A stretch of 64,000 bases of DNA from an uncultured Bacteroidaceae bacterium (GTDB lineage Bacteria; Bacteroidota; Bacteroidia; Bacteroidales; GCA-2748055): contig CAZGTU010000001.1 in the NCBI GenBank assembly GCA_964528675.1, forward strand, positions 12,679-76,678, written 5' to 3'. The notes beneath the pieces are model-generated. The model was not told where the DNA came from and did not search any database. It was given only the letters and a program-made list of their open reading frames with translations. The translations under genes were made by a program, and so were the position numbers. Shown piece after piece: positions 56,961 to 64,000 of the stretch. The first letter of the stretch is position 1. Every line of letters begins with the position of its first letter.

Positions 56961-59423
56961 CTACTTTTCCATAAAAAAAGGATCTGAACTTATCAGGATC
57001 TCACTTACCTGCATCTGATCTATTAACTGAAAATCAAGTCGATTCAGTCCTTTGTCCAGGAATACCTTGTCTGCACTTCTACCATTATTGCTGGCCAATT
57101 GAGCAGGTAACCACGCGGTTTTTTCTTTAATATCTTTAGTAACTGATGAACGATCCTCCGTTTTGACTTCCTGGTTGAGCCATAACCAATACCGGGCATT
57201 GGACGGGCCACTTTTGGCTTTCCCTGCTTTCATGTAGAAATGATAAATACCTTCCTTTTCAACCACGAATTCTTTTGTAATGATCTGGCCTGTTTTCATG
57301 TTTTTGGGGAGTTTCCAATTCATATTCTCTGCCTGTCCTCCTCTGAGTTCTGCCTTAACCACAATAGGAATTGAATATCCATTTTCAAGTTTTATAAAGA
57401 AAGAACCGTCTTCTATAAAATTATTTAACTGTGCTTTTCTGTTAATTCTTACTTTAAATTCCAGGCTGCCATTTTCCGGCAAAGTACCGGAGGAAGGCTC
57501 AACATCCAGCCAGTGAAATGCTCTATTCTTTTTGACCTGAAAATTTCTGCTTCCCGGCTCCAGTCCCTCGCAAAACAGTGTTATATATTCAGGTTGTGCA
57601 GGAATATTTGCAGTTTCGGATAGGACTATCCTGTTTTTATCTGCATAGATTGGTACCGGACGAAAAGGAACAAGGGTCATAATCCCATATTCATGAGCTC
57701 CCTTATCTGTATCGCTAAAATTATTCGATAGTGTAAAGTTATTCACCGGAACTGCTGTGCCAATTGCAGGGCTGCTATCCTGAAGGTCGAAACGATAGTT
57801 TTCAATAGAAACAAACTCCGGATTAGCCACAATAGCATTCTTTTCAATCCCCGGATGACCCTGAACAATTACATTTCCCATTCTCCTGCGGTTCGATTGA
57901 TTGTCAAAATCCAGCTGAACTTCATTTTCGAATGTTTCTTCTTCAAAATTCCACAAAAGATCAAAATCAAGATCATGCTCTGGTGTGTTGTGAACATCCC
58001 CCACAACAGTGTATTCACTTCCATCCACTACAATAATATTATTTCTTGAGAATCCACGGAAAGTTGCCCTGTCTTTTTCTCTTCCCATTCCTACTGAGCG
58101 TATCCCCAGTCCTTTTGATACAAAAGTATTGTTTATAAATACAGTAAGTCCGGAAGAATATTTTCGCCCGCCTCCATTTTTAACCATAGCACCTACCCGG
58201 CCTGTTTCATCATTCAAATCAGAAATCACATTCCTGAAAATATAAGAAGGTCCAATCATGTTAGGAGCAGTGCTGATTCCGCATAAAGAATGGATAAACT
58301 TATTCCCAAAAACCCTGATATTCATTTGTCCACCATCCAGTTCAATACCGTCATCGTTAGCCAGGGAAAAGAAGTTACCATAAATGTCACTGTCGCGGTA
58401 TGCGGATCCATCGTATTGCCCGTTTCCAAAACCCATTACAGCGTCATTCCATCGATTGAGTTCTGACCCGACAAAATCGTTATACCTGATAACATAATTC
58501 CCGTTGGTATTATCTGAACCCAGATATATGGCAACTGGACCTTCGGGATGCGCATAATACCAGGGATTAGCCCGGCCTCTGGGGTCGTGAATATAGCAAC
58601 GTTCAATAACAATTTTCTCATTATTGATGGTATGAATACCCGCGTCCCGATTGATCTCATCTCCTTTTTCGTCTTGGTATTTACCAACCCCTTCTGGTCT
58701 GAAAGTGGGTACACCTTTTCTGCCCCAACCAGAAATGTCGCAATTTACGATCCGTATATTGGAACAATTGATCAAATCAATACCATGATAATGCCCTCCT
58801 TTGATGACAATATTTTCCAGAATGAGGAATCTCTGTCCCTCAATACTGATTGCGGCCTCCCTTGAAGAGCCTCCCTCTACAGGCATCGTATCGCCGGTAA
58901 TTCTGATCCATTTGCCAGGTTCACCGGAAACATTGATTTCATAATTGTTGGATGCAAAATCGTGGATAGAGATCGTTCTGTCTACAGGCAGGTATTCAGA
59001 CCAGGTTTTGACAGTATCTATTTCCTCCCCTATCAATATTCCATTCTGCGTGAATAAAGCCTTAATTTCGTAATGTGTGTTTTCCTGTAGATTAACAATG
59101 CTTCCCCTGAAATTTGAGTATTCTTTCTGATGGACAGGCTTAAAGGCAGACTCCCAGCCCGGGGTGCCGGCTTTTCTGAATAATACCCGGCATTCAACAT
59201 CATTTGCCGGAGCCGGATAATAATAACTCACGGAGGCAAATGTAGGTACAAACTCTTTTTTTAACGGGATATGGCCTGTAAGATCAACCGGTTTCGATTC
59301 CCAGACATCATAAATGGTCAGTTTGGTTCTGTTTTCTCTGTTAGTGGCGGGAGTCAGATCCTGGGTAAATGAACTGTAGTTTATTGAAATAAATACAAGA
59401 ATAAGAAATAATCGTATGCTCAT
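56961..59423 (-). CDS. Secreted right-handed parallel beta-helix protein (candidate polysaccharide lyase/hydrolase) with N-terminal FN3-like and C-terminal beta-sandwich regions
   Basis: 820 aa with a signal peptide. Repeated I.N..I.G / N..I.N coil pattern (ILENIVIKGGHYHGIDLINCSNIRIVNCDISGWG...). Confidence 0.55.
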   Translation of the reverse strand: MSIRLFLILVFISINYSSFTQDLTPATNRENRTKLTIYDVWESKPVDLTGHIPLKKEFVPTFASVSYYYPAPANDVECRVLFRKAGTPGWESAFKPVHQKEYSNFRGSIVNLQENTHYEIKALFTQNGILIGEEIDTVKTWSEYLPVDRTISIHDFASNNYEINVSGEPGKWIRITGDTMPVEGGSSREAAISIEGQRFLILENIVIKGGHYHGIDLINCSNIRIVNCDISGWGRKGVPTFRPEGVGKYQDEKGDEINRDAGIHTINNEKIVIERCYIHDPRGRANPWYYAHPEGPVAIYLGSDNTNGNYVIRYNDFVGSELNRWNDAVMGFGNGQYDGSAYRDSDIYGNFFSLANDDGIELDGGQMNIRVFGNKFIHSLCGISTAPNMIGPSYIFRNVISDLNDETGRVGAMVKNGGGRKYSSGLTVFINNTFVSKGLGIRSVGMGREKDRATFRGFSRNNIIVVDGSEYTVVGDVHNTPEHDLDFDLLWNFEEETFENEVQLDFDNQSNRRRMGNVIVQGHPGIEKNAIVANPEFVSIENYRFDLQDSSPAIGTAVPVNNFTLSNNFSDTDKGAHEYGIMTLVPFRPVPIYADKNRIVLSETANIPAQPEYITLFCEGLEPGSRNFQVKKNRAFHWLDVEPSSGTLPENGSLEFKVRINRKAQLNNFIEDGSFFIKLENGYSIPIVVKAELRGGQAENMNWKLPKNMKTGQIITKEFVVEKEGIYHFYMKAGKAKSGPSNARYWLWLNQEVKTEDRSSVTKDIKEKTAWLPAQLASNNGRSADKVFLDKGLNRLDFQLIDQMQVSEILISSDPFFMEK

Positions 59424-59456
59424 AACACTTTCACTAAATTTAAACCATTTGAGTTT

Positions 59457-60989
59457 TTATTCCAGGTTCATTCCGTCTTCCTTCAAGGAATTCCATAATT
59501 TAATAAATCCATTCAGAGAAGGGCTGTCTGCATCTACCTTAAGATAGTGGAGATGACTGCCTTCCTGAACAAGTGGGGCCTCATGTTTAGGGAGGTAGAT
59601 TTTTAATTTTTCTTTTACTTTTTCGTACTCAATATTTTCGGCAAGATTATCCCATTCGTTCGGATCCTTTTCATGGTCATATAATTCTTCCGATCCATCA
59701 AAATAACGCGTATAGCGCCATTTGGAGGTTCGAAGGGAATAATTTCCACGGCCCCAGGTAGTAAGCGCTGGAGTTTCTTTTCCTTCTGAGGGGTTTAGCA
59801 ATAATTCTGCCAGGTCATATCCATTGCTGCCTTCTTTTGGCTGAATTCCACAGCGCTTGAGCAGGGTTGGATAAAGATCAATCAATGAAACCGGCGCAGC
59901 ACAGCTTTTTCCGGTGGATTCTTTATAACGGGGATCAACGATAATCAAAGGAACCCTTGTTGCTTCTTCCCAGAGCGAGAATTTACGATCGCTCCGTTTC
60001 TCCCCAAAATGATAGCCATGATCTGACCATAGGACAATGACTGTATTATCCCGGTACTCGCTGTTATTTAATCCCTCTATTACCCGGCCAACATTCTCAT
60101 CGGTATAGGCTATGCATGCAAGGTAGGCCCTGATCCTGTCTTCCCATGCATCTTGAGTACGCAACTGATGGTCAAACTTGATTTTTGCATTACTTCTTGC
60201 CACCCAGGAAAGATCCGCCAGATCATCATCTTTTATCTCCGGTTTTACTATTGTTTCTCTTGGAAACATATCAAAGTATTTTTTGGGGGCTACTAAAGGA
60301 GTGTGAGGTGCTTTAAAGCCAACTGCCAGAAAGAAGGGTTTATCGTGCTTTCGGTGCACTACATCAATACCAAACTTTGCAACATTATAATCAAACTCTT
60401 CTTCCAGGGGAGAAATTAAGGGTCTCTCGCAACTGTTACCGTAAGTTTTTGGCCCGACACCGTCTGTTGTATCCACTATTGGTTTGGGTAATAATAACAA
60501 CTTATCATTTATGCTCTCAGTAAATTCAAGCGAATCAAACATGGCGATAGACTCTTTCCGGGAATTATCGTGATGAATTTTACCAGCGGCATAAGTGTTG
60601 TATCCATTTTCCCTGAATAATTCGAACATACTTTTATGCTCGTTGAAAAAAACCGGATCCATTTTATCCCGGTTATAAAAAGGATAGAGTCCGGAATTAT
60701 GTGGTTCAATTCCATATAATATGGCATTCCTGCAAGGAGAACAGGCGGGAGCAGGTGTGTGTGCATTGGTAAACAGGATTCCCCGGGTCGCAAGCTTGTC
60801 GATATTTGGTGTTTTTGTTTGTGGGTGCCCTCCCAGTACACCAACCCAATCATTCATATCATCGATGGCAATGAATAAAACATTGGGTGTATCCATATCT
60901 TTATTTTTCTTATCCTGATACTGGCAAGCCGTTAAAGTCATTGATATTGCAAAAATGCAGAAAGAAGGTAATCTAAGTTGAATTTTCAT
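59457..60989 (-). CDS. Sulfatase (S1 family)
   Basis: The ORF extends to 61280, but MKIQLRLPSFCIFAISMTLTAC at 60989 is a lipoprotein signal. Contains FIAIDDMNDW and PACSPCRNAILYG (C-x-P-x-R). Confidence 0.85.
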   Translation of the reverse strand: MKIQLRLPSFCIFAISMTLTACQYQDKKNKDMDTPNVLFIAIDDMNDWVGVLGGHPQTKTPNIDKLATRGILFTNAHTPAPACSPCRNAILYGIEPHNSGLYPFYNRDKMDPVFFNEHKSMFELFRENGYNTYAAGKIHHDNSRKESIAMFDSLEFTESINDKLLLLPKPIVDTTDGVGPKTYGNSCERPLISPLEEEFDYNVAKFGIDVVHRKHDKPFFLAVGFKAPHTPLVAPKKYFDMFPRETIVKPEIKDDDLADLSWVARSNAKIKFDHQLRTQDAWEDRIRAYLACIAYTDENVGRVIEGLNNSEYRDNTVIVLWSDHGYHFGEKRSDRKFSLWEEATRVPLIIVDPRYKESTGKSCAAPVSLIDLYPTLLKRCGIQPKEGSNGYDLAELLLNPSEGKETPALTTWGRGNYSLRTSKWRYTRYFDGSEELYDHEKDPNEWDNLAENIEYEKVKEKLKIYLPKHEAPLVQEGSHLHYLKVDADSPSLNGFIKLWNSLKEDGMNLE

Positions 60990-61061
60990 GATTAAAAGCT
61001 GCTTTATCCCTTTAATTAAACTTAAATGGGAAAGTGACTTGTAATTATTAGTAAATCTAAA

Positions 61062-61080
61062 GTGGTTTTTGAGTGACAAA
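61062..61080 (+). repeat. Core-motif variant GTGGTTTTTGAGTGACAAA
   Basis: Related variants occur at 61695-61713 (AGACTTTTTGAGTGACAAA), 63675-63692 (AATATTTCGGGTGACAAC) and, reverse-complemented, 63925-63943 (CACTTTTCTGAGTGACAAA). Confidence 0.5.
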
Positions 61081-61811
61081 AAAATAAACTTTGATTCCGT
61101 GAAAAAGAGTTGACTTAAAAAGCTTACCTTTTGAAATTTGTCACTATTGAACATTATTCCGAAGCATCGGATAACATATTGCCAGTATCGCTTACCATTA
61201 AAAATATTTACATTCGAAAGAAACTGCGCTTTATCAGATATTTCAATCCCACACTCATAAATGACTTTTTTATTTCTCATGACTGAAAGGGCACAGGTGC
61301 AATTGAGGACATGGTCATACTTAATGAAATAAGTAGTTGTTTAACAATAAAAATCCTTGCTGAATTGGGAAGGAGCCAGTCCAATCCGTCCAGTTTTAAG
61401 GATCCTCCTAATCGGTGGATAAAAAGAATTTTCCATTAATTATCTCTTAAATCAGTATTCCTTCGGGATGGCACCGGTGCATCAACTTGCTCCCTCCCTT
61501 CTTCAAGAATTTTCATTACCCTGCTAACTTCACCCGGATTTTTTTACCAGGTTAGGTTCTTCACTGATGACCTTCCTTAGAATATAAAACTCCAGTTGTT
61601 AAATCCAGGTAGTTCTTCATTTTTTATCCATTTTCTCCAAACTATCCATAGAAATGGAAGAATGAGCAGTTCTATAATATAAAGTATATTAAAAAGACTT
61701 TTTGAGTGACAAATGACAACAATTTATATATCTCTGCCGAGCAATTCAGTGGGTCAGGAACAGGATATGCAATAGGGCTGGCGTTTGCAAGCTATGAATG
61801 GATTGCCGACC

Positions 61812-62714
61812 TTATTTTAAGGAAAGTTCATAAAACAATTTCATTTCTTCTTCGCCTAAAACAGTATCAAAGACAGCCAAACCACCAATATGTCCTTTGA
61901 AGAAGTTCCCCATTCCACTTTTTAAGATGACAGCTCCCACTGTGAAGTTAGATCCATTATTGCCTATTCCATCCGGGAAATAGTAAGGGTTTTTGGAATG
62001 TACAAGACCATGTGGGTAAGCCTTAAATCCTGTTGTATGATTTATTAATTCTGGTTCTCTTTCTTTAAAAACACCATTAAAATATGATTTAATGAACGTA
62101 CCGTCATATGTAAATGCTACACAACACCATTCATTTACAGGAACTTTTTGCTTACTTGCTGAGTAATCCAAAGAGTAAGGAAATGGGGGCGTTGGTTTTC
62201 CGGTTCTTGATATATGGCCACATACCTGATCTGCTCCATTGTAATAGGGTAAGGAAATAAATAATCCATATTGCCTCTTTCCACCATCCTGGTATTCATT
62301 CCACATTCCACCGATAAATCCGGTCTGCTCTCCTGTCCACTTAATAAATGCTATTACTGAAATTTCCTTACCAACTCCATGAATATTTAATTGCCCAGTC
62401 ATTTCGTTAGATAAGGTTAAAAAGTTTGATCCATCAAGCTTTATAGAATAACCAGAAACAGGTCCTTCATCCATTCTTACAACTTTTCCATTTCCTTCCT
62501 TTAAAGGATATGTATCAACTCCAATAGCTTTTCTTTCCGTACCAGGAGATTCATCAAACTTCCATAAAGCAACAAAACCTCTTCTTGATGTAATATAGTT
62601 TATTAATTCTGTATTGCTTAAATTGTCAACACTTTGACCTTCAGTAATCATGGGCTCATAAAATGAAAACAACCCTAAAAGGATTGTTCGAAAAAAGTAT
62701 TTGTTCATTTTCAT
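61812..62714 (-). CDS. Secreted concanavalin-A/LamG-like lectin-fold protein, hypothetical
   Basis: 300 aa with a signal peptide. Contains ALWKFDE..G......G...L..GS.F.L...... and CVAFTYDG, typical of LamG_3-type domains. Confidence 0.45.
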   Translation of the reverse strand: MKMNKYFFRTILLGLFSFYEPMITEGQSVDNLSNTELINYITSRRGFVALWKFDESPGTERKAIGVDTYPLKEGNGKVVRMDEGPVSGYSIKLDGSNFLTLSNEMTGQLNIHGVGKEISVIAFIKWTGEQTGFIGGMWNEYQDGGKRQYGLFISLPYYNGADQVCGHISRTGKPTPPFPYSLDYSASKQKVPVNEWCCVAFTYDGTFIKSYFNGVFKEREPELINHTTGFKAYPHGLVHSKNPYYFPDGIGNNGSNFTVGAVILKSGMGNFFKGHIGGLAVFDTVLGEEEMKLFYELSLK

Positions 62715-62761
62715 GCCGTATTATTAATTACGTTTTAAGATTTAGAATTCACCCACAGTTA

Positions 62762-63633
62762 TTAGTTTAAATTTATGATAGTTTCTTTTTTTGAGATAGC
62801 ATTTTGAGTATTAATCCTACTCCTGTTCACATCCTCAAAGATTTCTACCATTGACCTTTTAAGACTATCTGATAATTCCTCCAGTGTTCCTGCTAAATCA
62901 TTTGATTGTTTTTGAGAAACTGGATAGCAGAATCTGCAATTATATCGCGGGTATATCCTTTAATTGGTCCCAGAGGGGTTCCATCTACTCTAAAAAAATC
63001 TCCCGGGTGTTTCTGGGTATTTACCTTAAGTAAGCGGGTAAAATGTGGATCCTCCTTTGTAACTATAACATAATCAAACCCTTGCTGGTTTGGAAAGGAA
63101 CCGGTCCATCCCGTCCAGTTTTCAGGATTCTCCCAATCTGCGCCATTGAGATGCCATTTGCCAAATATTGCAGTTTGATAGCCCCTGGTTTTCAAAAGCT
63201 CAGGAATAGTAATTTCACTGCCGTGTAAAAAATGAACGTCATTTTCTTTTAGATCATCAATATAAAGATTAAGGTTGGTCCGGGAAGGAATCCTGCCAGT
63301 AAGTAACCCTGCCCTTGATGGAGAGCAGACCGGTGAAGTAGCGTAGTGATCCGTTAATATAAGACTTTCCTTTGAAAGCTCAGCCAGATGCGGGGTCTGG
63401 ATGAATGGATTGTTGAACTGATGTAGGTTTTTGTTTTCAAGATTTATATCACCATACCCAAGGTCATCCACAAGGATGTACACGATATTGGGATCGCTTT
63501 CCATTTTTCCTCGGGCTATGCCACCAAGGAAAAAACCATTCAACAGGCTGAATGAATTCAATTTAATATGGATCATAGCGATATTTTTTAAATTTAAATC
63601 CATTGTCAGATTTGATATCTGAAAGCATACCAA
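62762..63633 (-). pseudogene. Sulfatase with internal deletion and frameshift
   Basis: The N-terminal 246 aa are intact (ILVDDLGYGD, SPVCSPSRAGLLTGR) and then hit a stop at 62893. A sulfatase-like C-terminal tail (NDLAGTLEELSDSLKRSMVEIFEDV...) follows immediately in another frame down to 62762. The middle of the enzyme is missing. Confidence 0.6.
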
Positions 63634-63814
63634 ATCAAGCCAGGGAGATTATCTACAAATAAGTAAATTTTAGAAATATTTCGGGTGACAACTAATTAAT
63701 CCTGAACCAAACAAATTCAGCAAAACTTTTATACAGGTTTCCATTTAAGATATAGCATATATGCCGGTTTCGCATGCTCCTGGAAAGAAGCAAGGGGCAT
63801 TTATCCCTGTTTAT

Positions 63815-63912
63815 GATCAATTAATTCTGGTTCTCTTTCTTAAAAATACCGATAAAATATGATCTAATTAACTTACCTTCATATGTAAATGCTAAGCTAC
63901 ACCATTTACAAA
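63815..63912 (-). pseudogene. Relic of a paralogue of the LamG-like gene
   Basis: About 100 nt alignable by eye to 62040-62134 (..AATTCTGGTTCTCTTTCTT.AAAA..ACC..TAAAATATGAT.TAAT.AAC.TACC.TCATATGTAAATGCTA..). No intact ORF. Confidence 0.5.
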
Positions 63913-64000
63913 TCCGAATTGTTTTTGTCACTCAGAAAAGTGTTTAAGTTTACTTAATTACAGATTATTATTTTATCAATGTATTTCCAATTGATTGCTA

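Noticed and set aside
1-64000. tRNA, rRNA, tmRNA, integrase, prophage or conjugative-element genes.
   Set aside because: I found no T-loop/anticodon-arm patterns, rRNA-like segments, tyrosine or serine recombinases, or phage structural genes on either strand. The only transposase-family gene is the RAYT at 12043-12675.

Overview
This 64 kb window looks like chromosomal DNA from a (probably marine) Bacteroidota genome. The signals are a T9SS-type C-terminal sorting tail, a Bacteroides-type ECF sigma factor, a CarboxypepD_reg-type TonB-dependent receptor, several Cys-type sulfatases and many glycoside hydrolases. It is AT-rich by eye. Gene content in order: (1) a minus-strand GntR-controlled catabolic operon at 181-8935, with a small nucleotidyltransferase/partner pair inserted in it; (2) a Pif1-like helicase; (3) a REP-associated tyrosine transposase (RAYT) flanked by its palindromes; (4) a secreted phosphodiester glycosidase and a TPR protein; (5) a DNA-repair island with Fpg->DUF72 facing dodecin->PolX->LigA, where PolX carries one in-frame TAA; (6) envelope and stress genes (PEBP, OM beta-barrel, DUF4136-like lipoprotein, AKR, BON, PPK2); (7) a SorC-led minus-strand operon combining GH95 and GH140 with a kinase and two dehydrogenases; (8) OmpA/PAS/DUF2254/LytTR/TonB-receptor genes; (9) a decayed region holding nonsense-interrupted genes and gene relics, an orphan ECF sigma factor and a GH140 pseudogene; (10) a sulfatase / GH88-105 / beta-helix cluster ending in a duplicated and decaying sulfatase-LamG module. 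I recognised no rRNA, tRNA, CRISPR array, integrase, phage or reverse-transcriptase gene. The most unusual features are non-coding. They are a family of strand-asymmetric short-word 'stutter' islands at gene ends, including a 10x heptamer array in the promoter region of the SorC operon; a dispersed ~20 nt core motif (ACTTTTYGGAGTGG-like); a MITE-like element with TIRs and a TTAC target duplication; and GC-rich structured islands. None of these is proven functional, and every family assignment is from motif recognition by eye, not a database search.
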